Origin: an uncultured Gammaproteobacteria bacterium
Lineage (GTDB): Bacteria; Patescibacteriota; Patescibacteriia; Patescibacteriales; UBA12465
Reading direction: 5' to 3'
NCBI GenBank assembly: GCA_964517325.1
Contig: CAZFBV010000001.1
Span: 39,310-103,309 of the forward strand
Length of the DNA: 64,000 nucleotides
The position numbers and the translations under genes are program-made. The notes under the pieces are model-generated. The model was not told where the DNA came from and searched no databases. It worked only from the letters and a program-made list of their open reading frames with translations. Below, piece after piece: positions 9,948-19,803 of this stretch (the first letter of the stretch is position 1; the number at the start of each line of letters is the position of its first letter).

Positions 9948-10610
9948 TTATTTTATTATCTTATGTATCAATAGATCTTTGGCAACCTTGAATCCTCCGG
10001 AAAGCTTCTGTCCGAAATGATGATAGACGACGGTAATCGGCACTTCTGTCACTCGCAGTTTCTCTCGGAAGGCTTTTATCTGGATTTCGCTGTTGTGAGC
10101 CATTTCTCGGTTGCTTATTCGGATTTTCTCGGCGGCTAAGCGGCTCATCGCCCGGAAGCCGTTCTGCGGGTCGCTCAGCTTTATGCCCAGGATCACGCGA
10201 GTGAAGATTCGCGCGAGCGGCATGATCAAATATCTCTTGACCGGCGGCAGATTAGCTTTCTTGCCTAAGAAGCGGGAGCCGAAGACGATATCGGCACGTC
10301 CTGCTATTATCGGTGCGACCATATCTTTTATTTCCGCGGCCAAGAATTGGTCGTCAGCATCGAAATGGACAATGATATCGGCGCCATGGTCTAAAGCGTA
10401 ATCATTGCCAGTCTGGAGAGCTGCGCCTTGGCCGCGGTTAATCGGATGGCGGAAGACGGTCGCACCGGCCATTTCGGCGGCCGCGGCGGTATCGTCGCCG
10501 GAGCCGTCGTCCACGACGACGATCTCATCGACAAAAGGCCGAGCGCCGGCAATGACTTTAGCGATATTCTTTCCTTCATTCCAGGCAGGGATGACGCAGA
10601 TTATCTTCAT
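9948..10610 (-). CDS. family 2 glycosyltransferase (polyprenyl-phosphate sugar synthase-like)
   Basis: 220 aa. VIPAWNEGKNI, VVVDDGSGDDT and HFDADDQ (DxD). Confidence 0.8.
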   Translation of the reverse strand: MKIICVIPAWNEGKNIAKVIAGARPFVDEIVVVDDGSGDDTAAAAEMAGATVFRHPINRGQGAALQTGNDYALDHGADIIVHFDADDQFLAAEIKDMVAPIIAGRADIVFGSRFLGKKANLPPVKRYLIMPLARIFTRVILGIKLSDPQNGFRAMSRLAAEKIRISNREMAHNSEIQIKAFREKLRVTEVPITVVYHHFGQKLSGGFKVAKDLLIHKIIK

Positions 10611-11617
10611 ATTAATCCTTCTTTCTTTTTTCTGGCTTTGTCATGAGCGAGCGGGCGGAAGCCGTCCTTGAGCGCTGTCTTTTCCAGTTCTGCGCAATAG
10701 CTTTCCGGTTCTTGTCCGCTCTTTTCAATCAGCAGTCTTTTTAGAGACGGCGTAATCGGCAAGATTTCGAACAAGCCGATTTCTTTCCGCCGGTCGCGGC
10801 TAGATTTTCCGATTTTTCTCTTCATAGCGGCCAGCCGCTGATTCACGATTATCTTAAGGTTATCCAGCTTTAATTTCAAGGGCAGCTTGGCCGCCATGAT
10901 TTTATGGAGCGTTTTGAAAGAATCGGCAGCGGTGACGGTTCCGAAGACTAGGCGGCCGCTATCGGCTGCTCGGATAGCGTATTCCAGCAATTCAGGATTA
11001 TCCAGATCGTCAGTAAAGATTATTTCCGAATCCAGCTTGAGCAATTTTTCCCAGTTAGCATTGGTCGGAAGCAGAGAAACGACTCCCGGAATCTCATAGG
11101 CGGCCTGTCTTTGCAAGGAATAAATGCTCTTGTTAGAATCGCCCAGCTCGAGAAGCAGGGAATTGAGAGTGGCGCTCTTGCCTTCGCCTTCGGGAGAACT
11201 GATAATCACCAGGCCTGATTTCAGATCAAGAGATTTTTTCAGTCCTTGGAGATCGGTTTTCTGCAGGCCGATCCGGTTGAGGCGCCAAAGGGTGAATGGC
11301 CTATTGATGAGATTGATGATTATCTTTTCGCCGTTCGCTTCCGGCAGGATAGTCAGATAAAAATTCAAGCAGCCGGATTTATGGGGCAGCCGGCAATATT
11401 TGCGAGCGATGAATTCTCCGGGAGCGACGGCTAATATCTTTCTTAGGCTAGAAAATAATTCATGTTCCAGCCTTTTGGGCAAGACCAGGCTCTGTTTCTC
11501 CCGTCCCGAGAAATAGCAGTCCAGGATAAGCCGGCCATCCCGAAGCGAGATGACTAGATTATCCGCTCCCTCGCCGGCGGCATAATTGAATATTTTAGTG
11601 ATAATTTTTTGGCTCAT
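10607..11617 (-). CDS. GspE/PilB-superfamily secretion-ATPase-like protein with degenerate catalytic motifs
   Basis: 336 aa. P-loop-like SPEGEGKSAT and Walker-B-like IIFTDDLDN. The His-box position reads GRLVFGTVTAAD. 4-nt overlap (ATGA) with the downstream GT2 gene. Confidence 0.5.
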   Translation of the reverse strand: MSQKIITKIFNYAAGEGADNLVISLRDGRLILDCYFSGREKQSLVLPKRLEHELFSSLRKILAVAPGEFIARKYCRLPHKSGCLNFYLTILPEANGEKIIINLINRPFTLWRLNRIGLQKTDLQGLKKSLDLKSGLVIISSPEGEGKSATLNSLLLELGDSNKSIYSLQRQAAYEIPGVVSLLPTNANWEKLLKLDSEIIFTDDLDNPELLEYAIRAADSGRLVFGTVTAADSFKTLHKIMAAKLPLKLKLDNLKIIVNQRLAAMKRKIGKSSRDRRKEIGLFEILPITPSLKRLLIEKSGQEPESYCAELEKTALKDGFRPLAHDKARKKKEGLI

Positions 11618-11698
11618 AATATCTTAATTATAACATAGTTTTGTATTATTTTAAAATGTGATAAACTGAAAATAAATAGATTATTTTCTTATTTTTTT

Positions 11699-12112
11699 AT
11701 GGTTTATTCTAATCTTTACGCCCGTTTTTACTCTTTTTGTCAAGAGATAAGGACCGCTGGCGCGGCGCTTTGGCGTTTTATCCCTAGCCGCTTCTATCTG
11801 GGGTTGGCCGCTTTGTTCCAAATTGCCATCTGGTTGCAGGCGGTTTTCATCTATCGGCATCTGAGCGGAGAGCTGTTGGTCCTCCATTATAATATTGATT
11901 TCGGCATCGATCTCGTCGGCGCGCCTTGGCATATTTTCTTTTATCCGCTTTACGCCCTCGGTATCTTCGTTTTGAACTGGATCATGGCCGCTGCGCTGCA
12001 TCGCCGCCAATATTTTCGACTGTTCGCCAATATCTTATTGACCGCAGCCGAATTATTCTCGCTGTTCATCAGCCTGGCTCTGATGTTTATCTATTTGATT
12101 AATTTTAGATAA
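11699..12112 (+). CDS. hypothetical membrane protein
   Basis: 137 aa with 3-4 hydrophobic helices. Immediately upstream of mraY. No recognisable motif. Confidence 0.45.
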   Translation: MVYSNLYARFYSFCQEIRTAGAALWRFIPSRFYLGLAALFQIAIWLQAVFIYRHLSGELLVLHYNIDFGIDLVGAPWHIFFYPLYALGIFVLNWIMAAALHRRQYFRLFANILLTAAELFSLFISLALMFIYLINFR

Positions 12113-12120
12113 TTTTCCTT

Positions 12121-13170
12121 ATGATGGAATTCTACGTCGTTAAGATTTTGTTTTTTTCCGCCCTGGCTTTTATTTTTACGATCATTGTCGCGCCGATCCT
12201 GACCCACTATCTCTATAAGTATAAATTAGGGAAGAAGATCCGGAACAGCGGGGAGACGCCGATCTTCAGCGAGCTGCATGCCCATAAAGAGGGAACTCCG
12301 ACTATGGGAGGAATTCTTATCTGGGGGACTGTTCTGATCTTTATCCTCGGTTTTTCCGTTTTGAGCAGCTTGTTCCCGGGAAATATTTTCCAGCATCTTA
12401 ATTTTTTATCCCGTTCGGAAACATTATTGCCTTTAGGCGCTCTGATCATTTCCGCGCTTATCGGCTTATTCGACGATTGGCTGGATGTGCGCGGCAAAGG
12501 CGTTCTTGGCGGCGGCGGCCTGAAATTGCGCCATCGCTTGCTTATATACACGCTCATCGCCATCGCCGGCGCGCTTTGGTTCTATTTCAAGCTGGATTGG
12601 ACCGTCTTCCATGTGCCTTTTTTGGGAAATTTTGAGATCGGTGCTTGGTATATCCCGATATTCATTTTTATCATCGTCGCCACCTCTTTTTCCGTTAACG
12701 AAACCGACGGTCTCGACGGCTTGGCTGGCGGGACCCTGGCGATCGCTTTCGCCACTTATGGCATCATCGCCTTCATGCTGGGCCGTTATGAATTAGCCAC
12801 TTTCTGCGGCGTTATCATCGGCGCTTTGCTCGCTTTCTTATGGTTCAATATTCCGCCCGCCCGTTTCTATATGGGCGATACCGGTTCTATGAGCTTGGGC
12901 GTGACTCTCGGCATCATCGCGATGCTCACTAATAATTCGCTTCTTCTGATCTTTGTCGGATTGATTTTCCTGCTAGAATCCTTGTCGGTCATTATCCAGG
13001 TCTTGTCTAAAAAGCTGCGCGGCCGCAAAGTCTTCTTGTCGGCGCCTATCCATCATCATTATCAGGCTAAAGGCTGGCCGGAAGCGAAGGTTGTCATGCG
13101 TTTTTGGGTGATAGCGATCATCGGCGCGGCTATCGGCCTGACGATCTTCTTGTTAGATCAGAAATTCTAA
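12121..13170 (+). CDS. mraY: phospho-N-acetylmuramoyl-pentapeptide transferase
   Basis: 349 aa, polytopic. NETDGLDGLAGG and FYMGDTGSMSLG motifs. Confidence 0.9.
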   Translation: MMEFYVVKILFFSALAFIFTIIVAPILTHYLYKYKLGKKIRNSGETPIFSELHAHKEGTPTMGGILIWGTVLIFILGFSVLSSLFPGNIFQHLNFLSRSETLLPLGALIISALIGLFDDWLDVRGKGVLGGGGLKLRHRLLIYTLIAIAGALWFYFKLDWTVFHVPFLGNFEIGAWYIPIFIFIIVATSFSVNETDGLDGLAGGTLAIAFATYGIIAFMLGRYELATFCGVIIGALLAFLWFNIPPARFYMGDTGSMSLGVTLGIIAMLTNNSLLLIFVGLIFLLESLSVIIQVLSKKLRGRKVFLSAPIHHHYQAKGWPEAKVVMRFWVIAIIGAAIGLTIFLLDQKF

Positions 13171-13172
13171 CT

Positions 13173-14312
13173 ATGTTCGGCATACACACGAAAAAGACAT
13201 CGCCTCGTCCGGGCGAACATGAACCCGATAAGAGCCTGATCACGGCTCTGTTCATTTTACTTGTCGTCGGGCTGGTGATGCTTTTCAGCGCATCTTCGGT
13301 CGTTTCTTACGCCCGTTACGGCAATACTTATCACTATCTCCTTCGACAAGTTTTTAATCTCGGCGTCGCTTTAGCGATTTTTTTCGCCGCCGCCCGCATC
13401 AATTATCATTGGTGGAAGAAACTTGCCGGCTTTTTCCTGTTATTTTCTATCGTTTTGCTCTTGTTAGTCTTTATCCCCGGGCTGCGTTCCGAATATGGGA
13501 CTGCTCGCAGCTGGATAAATATTTTCGGCCAGTCTTTCCAGCCTTCGGAATTAGTTAAGGTTTCCTTTTTGATCTATCTGGCGACTTGGCTGGAAGCGAA
13601 GAAAGGAGATCTGAACAGTTTGACGAGCGGCGTCCTGCCATTCTTAGTGATACTTGGAGTGATCAGCGTCCTGATGATCATGCAGCCGGATCTAGGAACC
13701 TTGTTCATTATCGCTTTTACGGCCGTAATCGTCTTCTTCGCCGGCGGCGGCAAGGTGGTCCATATAATCATCGCCGGGATCCTGGCTGGGCTGGCTTTAT
13801 TCCTGTTCCTAAGGTTGAATTCCAATTATCAGAGCGACCGCTTCAAGTGTCTCCAGGATCCCAGCTTCAGTGCCCAGGATAAGTGCTATCAGATAAATCA
13901 ATCCCTGATAGCGGTCGGTTCCGGAGGCCTATTCGGCCGCGGTTTAGGGCAGAGCCGCCAGAAGTTCATGTATCTGCCGGAAGTCTGGGGCGATTCGATC
14001 TTTCCGATCATCGCCGAAGAGACCGGATTCTTCTTCTCGACGCTCTTGATATTATTATATCTGTTTCTTTTTTATCGCGGCTTGTTGGTCGCCCGCGGCG
14101 CTCCAGATATTTACGGCTCTTCCTTAGCGGTTGGAATCGTCGCTTGGCTGGCAATCCAGACTTTCTTGAATATCGGCGGTATGATCAATCTCATCCCGAT
14201 GACCGGCGTGCCTTTGCCCTTCGTTTCCGCCGGCGGTTCGGCGGCGCTGTCGTCTTTATTGGGCATGGGTATATTGGTCAATATCAGCAAGCACGCGAAA
14301 AGCCGCAATTAG
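13173..14312 (+). CDS. ftsW: SEDS-family peptidoglycan glycosyltransferase (FtsW/RodA)
   Basis: ATG 13173 is 2 nt after the mraY stop; the track start 13104 overlaps mraY. FQPSELVKV and PMTGVPLPFVSAGGSA motifs. Confidence 0.85.
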   Translation: MFGIHTKKTSPRPGEHEPDKSLITALFILLVVGLVMLFSASSVVSYARYGNTYHYLLRQVFNLGVALAIFFAAARINYHWWKKLAGFFLLFSIVLLLLVFIPGLRSEYGTARSWINIFGQSFQPSELVKVSFLIYLATWLEAKKGDLNSLTSGVLPFLVILGVISVLMIMQPDLGTLFIIAFTAVIVFFAGGGKVVHIIIAGILAGLALFLFLRLNSNYQSDRFKCLQDPSFSAQDKCYQINQSLIAVGSGGLFGRGLGQSRQKFMYLPEVWGDSIFPIIAEETGFFFSTLLILLYLFLFYRGLLVARGAPDIYGSSLAVGIVAWLAIQTFLNIGGMINLIPMTGVPLPFVSAGGSAALSSLLGMGILVNISKHAKSRN

Positions 14313-14335
14313 ATGGAAAAAAATAATAAGATGAT

Positions 14336-15466
14336 ATGGAAAACAACAAGACGACCAAAACGATAGTTTTCAGCGGCGGCGGCACCGGCGGTTCAGTAGC
14401 GCCGCTTTTAGCCGTGGCGGAAGAGCTGTATCAAGGCGCCGGCGCTTCCGGCCTGCGTTTCGTCTTCGTCGGCACAAAAGACGGCCCGGAGAAAGAAATG
14501 GTTGCCGCTTTCAATAAAGAAGTCGGCGAGATGGAATTCATTCCGCTTATCAGCGGCAAATGGCGGCGCTATTTTTCTATCCATAATTTTTTGGACATTT
14601 TCAAGGTTATCGCCGCCTGGTTCCAATCTTTTTCCGTATTAAAGAAGATCCGCCCCGATATCGTTATCAGCGCCGGCGCTTTTGTCAGCGTGCCTTTGGT
14701 CTGGGCGGCAGCCGCCAAGAAGATCCCGATACTTGTCCATCAGCAGGATCTGCGCCCCGGGCTAGCCAATAGGCTGATGGCTCCTTGGGCGCGAGCTATT
14801 ACCGTCGTTTTTGAAAAATCCTTGATCGATTACGGCCCGAAGACGATTTTGGCCGGAAATCCGATACGCCGGCCGGCCAGTGTCCAGGATGAAAGCTTGG
14901 TCAAAGAACTGAAAGCCGAATATTCTTTAGATAATTCCGTTCCTTTGATCCTAATTAGTGGCGGCAGCACAGGCGCGACCGGGATAAATCGGCTGATATT
15001 CAAAATCGCTCCCGCCTTAGCTCGCGATTATCAGATCATCCATCTGACGGGCCGCGGCAAGCTGCCCGATGATGCCAGTCTTCTGGAGATGAAGGACTAT
15101 CATGTCTCGGAGTTTCTGGATAATCGCATCATGTCTGCGCTGATATCCATGTCCGATCTGGTCGTTTCTCGCGCCGGACTCGGCGCTCTGACGGAATTAT
15201 CTTATTGGCGCAAGCCGGCGATATTGATCCCGATGCCGAATTCGCATCAGGAAGATAACGCCGCTTATTTTGCCAAAGCGCAAGCGGCTTTGTCTTTGGA
15301 CCAATCCGGATTATCTCCGGAAAAATTAATCTGGGAAATAAAGAATATCTTAAGCGATCCGGCACGGTTGAAGAATTTGAGTAATAACATCGGCAAGATC
15401 ATGAAGCGCGATGCCGCTGATACTATTTCCGGAATCATCTGGGAGATAATCAGCGGACGAGAATAA
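14336..15466 (+). CDS. murG: UDP-GlcNAc:lipid I GlcNAc transferase
   Basis: 376 aa. FSGGGTGGSVAPLLAV N-terminal G-loop, with dcw cluster context. Confidence 0.85.
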   Translation: MENNKTTKTIVFSGGGTGGSVAPLLAVAEELYQGAGASGLRFVFVGTKDGPEKEMVAAFNKEVGEMEFIPLISGKWRRYFSIHNFLDIFKVIAAWFQSFSVLKKIRPDIVISAGAFVSVPLVWAAAAKKIPILVHQQDLRPGLANRLMAPWARAITVVFEKSLIDYGPKTILAGNPIRRPASVQDESLVKELKAEYSLDNSVPLILISGGSTGATGINRLIFKIAPALARDYQIIHLTGRGKLPDDASLLEMKDYHVSEFLDNRIMSALISMSDLVVSRAGLGALTELSYWRKPAILIPMPNSHQEDNAAYFAKAQAALSLDQSGLSPEKLIWEIKNILSDPARLKNLSNNIGKIMKRDAADTISGIIWEIISGRE

Positions 15467-15467
15467 T

Positions 15468-16940
15468 ATGAAAAGGAAGGATTTTTATCTCATCGGCGTC
15501 AAGGGTGTCGGCATGACCATGCTGGCGCAGTTCTTGTCGGCGCACGGCCATAATGTATCCGGTTCTGATATCGCCGATTCTTTCATGACTGACAAGGTTT
15601 TGAAGAAAGAGAAGATAAGGGTCTCGTCGCCTTTCGCTGTCAAAAATATTCCTGCTCGTCCGGACGTAATTGTCTATTCCTCCGCCTTCAATGATAAGAA
15701 TAATCCGGAGATGGCCTATATCAAAAAGCATCGGTCTTTATTTAAGAATATCCCGATTTTGTCTTATGCCGAGGCTTTAGGCCAGATTTTTAATGAATAT
15801 TATGGCGTCGCTGTTTGCGGCAGCCATGGCAAGACGACGACTTCCGCCTGGCTAGGTTATGTTTTAATGAAAGCCGGGAAGAAGCCGAATGTGCTCGTCG
15901 GTTCGCGCGTCCCCCAGTTCGGCGGCAGCAGCCTGAAGGGCTCGTCGAAATATTTCGTCGCTGAAGTCGATGAGTATCAGAACAAGCTGCAATATTTCCA
16001 GCCCGCCGGCGTCGTGCTCAATAATATCGACTATGATCATCCGGATTATTTCCAGACCGAGGCGGCTTATGCTAAAGTCTTCGCCGATTTTATCAAGAAG
16101 ATTCCGGCTTCCGGTTTTTTGATCATCAATAATCGCGATGCGGCCAGTCAGAAGGTTAAGAAAAATTGCCGCGGACGAGTTTATTCCTATGATTTGGCGC
16201 CGCAGGCCGAGACTTTTACCGAAGCCGAAGAAGCTGCCGGCGGGAAATCGGATTATCTGGCTTATGACTGGCGGCTGAAGAACGGCTATCAGATATTCAA
16301 AGTCGCTTATCGTGAAGTAAGCTTGAAAGGCCAGACGCGCCTCGAGACGGTTTTCGGTTTAGGAGAATTTAAAATCAGCCTTTGGGGGGAACATAATGTG
16401 CTGAACGCCTTGGCGGTCATTGCCGCCAGCCGTGAATTGAAAGTTCCATTAAGCAATATCAGAAGCGGCCTGGCGTCATTTGCCGGCACCGAACGCCGCG
16501 CGCAGATTTTGGGAAAATATCATGGCGCTCTGATCATCGATGATTATGCCCACCATCCGACAGAAATAGCCGCGACTCTTTCCGGTTTGCGCGCGCATTA
16601 TCCAGATAAGAAGATTATTACGGTTTTTCATCCGCATACGTTTACGCGCACCAAAGCTCTTTTTAAAGATTTTACTAAAAGCTTCACCGCAGCTGACGAA
16701 TTAGTGATTCTGGATATCTACGGTTCGGCGCGAGAAAAACAGGGCGGCGTCTCGAGCCGCCAATTAGCCGCCGCGATACTCAAATTCAATAAGGCGCATA
16801 AGATAATCCAGCCGGTTAGGCATTTGGGCGCTATGACAGAGGCGGCCGCTTATCTGCGCCGGCATTTGGCCTCTAAAGATGTCTTGCTGCTGATGGGCGC
16901 CGGAGATGTCTTTAGAATCGGGGCAGACTTGCTAAAATAG
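15468..16940 (+). CDS. murC: UDP-N-acetylmuramate--L-alanine ligase
   Basis: 490 aa. YLIGVKGVGMTMLA and GSHGKTTTSAW P-loop; Mur ligase architecture. Confidence 0.85.
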   Translation: MKRKDFYLIGVKGVGMTMLAQFLSAHGHNVSGSDIADSFMTDKVLKKEKIRVSSPFAVKNIPARPDVIVYSSAFNDKNNPEMAYIKKHRSLFKNIPILSYAEALGQIFNEYYGVAVCGSHGKTTTSAWLGYVLMKAGKKPNVLVGSRVPQFGGSSLKGSSKYFVAEVDEYQNKLQYFQPAGVVLNNIDYDHPDYFQTEAAYAKVFADFIKKIPASGFLIINNRDAASQKVKKNCRGRVYSYDLAPQAETFTEAEEAAGGKSDYLAYDWRLKNGYQIFKVAYREVSLKGQTRLETVFGLGEFKISLWGEHNVLNALAVIAASRELKVPLSNIRSGLASFAGTERRAQILGKYHGALIIDDYAHHPTEIAATLSGLRAHYPDKKIITVFHPHTFTRTKALFKDFTKSFTAADELVILDIYGSAREKQGGVSSRQLAAAILKFNKAHKIIQPVRHLGAMTEAAAYLRRHLASKDVLLLMGAGDVFRIGADLLK

Positions 16941-16965
16941 CAGAAATATTGTATTATTCTCATTT

Positions 16966-18756
16966 ATGACTCAAATAAACGAGAAGAAAACCGAGAAGGA
17001 GACCATATCCTGGAAACGTTTCTGGGTAGAATTATGGCGCTTATTGGCGTCTTTCCGAAAATTATTCGGAATTATTACCGTCGTCATTTTAGCGGCGGCG
17101 CTTTTGGATTTGGGCAAGCCGTATATCTTGCAGCTGGTCATTGATAATCTGAATAATTTTTCCAATGAGAAGTTCTTCTTTTTGATCAAGCTGATTGCCC
17201 TTTATCTGGCTACGGATGAAGTCCGTTCCTTCATCCAATATTTATCTGACCGCAAGATCTTGAGCTTATTGGTAAAAGTGGAATATTTTTTGGGCATGAA
17301 GGCTCAGGAAAAATTAGTTTCGCTCAGTCTCGGTTATCATGAGCGCCAGAATACCGGCTCTAAAATAATCAAGATCGAGAAGGGGGTCGATAAGATTTCT
17401 GAATTTTTGAACAATATTTTTTGGGAAGTGCTCCCGACTTTCTTCCAGCTTGCTTTCACTCTCGTCGCCCTGTTCTGGTCTGATTGGCGCATCGGCCTGT
17501 CTTTTTTGATTTTCGCGCCCCTTTTCATTTTCATTACCTATTGGTCGAATAAGCGGATGTATCCGGTCATGAAAGCGATCTTCCGCTACTATGAAGCCGC
17601 TTCCGGCAAGATGGGACAGGCGATCATCAATATCAACGCCGTCCAATCTTTCGTCCAAGAAGAGAACGAATTGAAAGGCTTCAGCCGTATCAAGGAAAGC
17701 ATCCGCGACAATGAGAACAAGCAATACGGCTGGATGATGAAAATAGGCGTGGTGCGGAATTTCATCGTCGATGTCGGCCGTTCCGCTGTCTTATTCCTCG
17801 GCGTTTACTTGGTTTATAAAGGATCGATGACTATCGGCTCTTTGATTTTTGTCTTTACTCTCAGCGAAAAAGCTTATGCCTCGCTATACCGTCTGTCCCG
17901 TTTTTACGATCGCATGGAAAAGGGCCGGGAAGGCGTCAGCCGTTTGATCGCCTTATTCAATGAAGAGAGCGATATCATCAACCCGCCGAACGGCTTGAAG
18001 CCGCAAGATATCAAGGGCGAGATCAGTTTCGATCATGCTTCTTTTTATTATAATATCAATAAGCGTCCGGCCGTCAGCGATCTTAATTTTACGATTCAAT
18101 CGGGCGGCATCACAGCCTTGGTCGGTCCTTCCGGCGGCGGCAAGACGACTATCGCCCGCTTAGCCTATCGCCATTATGATCCGCAGAAAGGCCGCGTTTT
18201 GTTAGATGGAAAAGATCTGCGCGATTATGATGTGCATGCTTTCAGGAAATTCTTAGCGATCGTGCCTCAGGAGGTGGAAATTTTTGATTTGACCGTGGCG
18301 GAAAATATCGCTTATGCCCGTCCCGAAGCGACGCGTGAAGAGATAATCGCGGCGGCGAAGATTGCCAATGCCGACGAGTTCATCAATAAGCTCGATAAGG
18401 GTTATGAGACTATGACCGGAGAAAGAGGCGTAAAATTATCCGGCGGCCAGCGCCAGCGTCTCGGCATCGCGCGAGCTATTTTAGCCAATCCGCGCATTCT
18501 CATTTTTGATGAAGCGACTTCTAATCTTGATAGCCAGAGCGAGGTGCTGATCCAAGACGCGATGCAGAAGATCAGCCAGAACCGGACCATGATAATCATC
18601 GCGCATCGCTTAAGCACTATCAAGCAAGCGGATAATATTATTGTCCTTGAGGGCGGAAAAGTGGCTGAGCAGGGCAGCCATAAGGAATTAGCTTCGGCTC
18701 AAGGAGGCTTATACTCTAAGCTCTTGAAGCTGCAGGCGATGGGAGAGGTAGATTAA
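16966..18756 (+). CDS. ABC exporter, fused permease/ATPase (MsbA/ABCB-like)
   Basis: 596 aa. 6-TM N-terminal half, Walker A GPSGGGKTT, signature LSGGQRQR, Walker B ILIFDEATS. Confidence 0.85.
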   Translation: MTQINEKKTEKETISWKRFWVELWRLLASFRKLFGIITVVILAAALLDLGKPYILQLVIDNLNNFSNEKFFFLIKLIALYLATDEVRSFIQYLSDRKILSLLVKVEYFLGMKAQEKLVSLSLGYHERQNTGSKIIKIEKGVDKISEFLNNIFWEVLPTFFQLAFTLVALFWSDWRIGLSFLIFAPLFIFITYWSNKRMYPVMKAIFRYYEAASGKMGQAIININAVQSFVQEENELKGFSRIKESIRDNENKQYGWMMKIGVVRNFIVDVGRSAVLFLGVYLVYKGSMTIGSLIFVFTLSEKAYASLYRLSRFYDRMEKGREGVSRLIALFNEESDIINPPNGLKPQDIKGEISFDHASFYYNINKRPAVSDLNFTIQSGGITALVGPSGGGKTTIARLAYRHYDPQKGRVLLDGKDLRDYDVHAFRKFLAIVPQEVEIFDLTVAENIAYARPEATREEIIAAAKIANADEFINKLDKGYETMTGERGVKLSGGQRQRLGIARAILANPRILIFDEATSNLDSQSEVLIQDAMQKISQNRTMIIIAHRLSTIKQADNIIVLEGGKVAEQGSHKELASAQGGLYSKLLKLQAMGEVD

Positions 18757-19784
18757 TGAAAAATATGCTTAATATCGAAAAAAATAAGGATTTAACCCCC
18801 TATACGACCCTGAAGATCGGCGCTCCGGCCGAGTTTTTTGCCGTTATCAAGAGCCGGGTAGATCTTGATGAAGCTATCCTCTGGGCAAAAAGGAATAAGA
18901 AAGTTATCTGGGTCTTAGGCGGCGGCTCCAATGTCTTGATTTCTAAGAAGGTAAAGGGCTTGGTTTTGAAGAATGAAATCAGAGGAATGGAAATAAAGAA
19001 GGAGAGCGTTTCCTCCGCCGTCGTCGAAGCGAAGTCGGGCGAAAGCTGGACGCGTTTCGTCGGCTTCACTGTGGAAAATAATCTGAGCGGATTGGAAAAT
19101 TTATTTTTGATCTATGGCACTGTCGGCGCGGCTCCGGTCCAGAATATCGGCGCTTATGGCGTCGAATTGAAAGATTCCTTCTATTCGCTGACGGCAATCG
19201 ATCTGAAAACCGGCCGGGAGAAAATCTTCAAAGCGGCTGATTGCCGTTTCGGCTATCGCGACAGCGTTTTTAAGAATAAGCTGAAAGGCCGCTACTTCAT
19301 TTATTCTGTCGCTTTGAAGCTGAATAAGAAGCCGTCTTTGAAATTAGATTACGGCTCGCTGCGAGAAAAATTATCAGAGCGGGGCATTGATAATCCCTCT
19401 TCCAGAGACGTCATCGCCGTCATCACCGAAATTAGAAACAGCAAGCTGCCTAATCCGGGCGTATTACCTAATGCCGGCTCTTTCTTTAAGAATATCGAGA
19501 CAAGTATGGCCGCCTATAAGAGATTATTGAAAGAATATCCGGCGATGCCATCTTTTCCGGTTTCGGCCACGCGCGTCAAGATTCCGAGCGGCTGGCTGAT
19601 AGAGGCTGCCGGTTTTAAAGGCAAGAGATTCCGTTCTGTTGGCATGTATGAGAAACAGGCCTTGATCTTCGTCAATTACGGCGGCGCGACCGCCAGCCAA
19701 GCTACGGCGCTGGTCAAGAAGATAAAATCCTCTATTAAGAAGAAATTCGGCCTTGATTTAGAAGAGGAAGTTAATGTAATATAA
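18756..19784 (+). CDS. murB: UDP-N-acetylenolpyruvoylglucosamine reductase
   Basis: 342 aa. YTTLKIGAPAEFF and GGGSNVLI FAD-binding motifs. The start overlaps the ABC exporter stop by 1 nt. Confidence 0.85.
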   Translation: MKNMLNIEKNKDLTPYTTLKIGAPAEFFAVIKSRVDLDEAILWAKRNKKVIWVLGGGSNVLISKKVKGLVLKNEIRGMEIKKESVSSAVVEAKSGESWTRFVGFTVENNLSGLENLFLIYGTVGAAPVQNIGAYGVELKDSFYSLTAIDLKTGREKIFKAADCRFGYRDSVFKNKLKGRYFIYSVALKLNKKPSLKLDYGSLREKLSERGIDNPSSRDVIAVITEIRNSKLPNPGVLPNAGSFFKNIETSMAAYKRLLKEYPAMPSFPVSATRVKIPSGWLIEAAGFKGKRFRSVGMYEKQALIFVNYGGATASQATALVKKIKSSIKKKFGLDLEEEVNVI

Positions 19785-19803
19785 GAAAGCATCAATCAAA
19801 CAT

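Noticed and set aside
13586-14326. Arg/Pro-rich alternative-frame ORFs inside ftsW (13586-13882 and 13883-14326, +).
   Set aside because: They are same-strand off-frame ORFs within a well-supported SEDS gene. Their low-complexity Arg-rich translation is characteristic of out-of-frame reading, and they have no independent signals.
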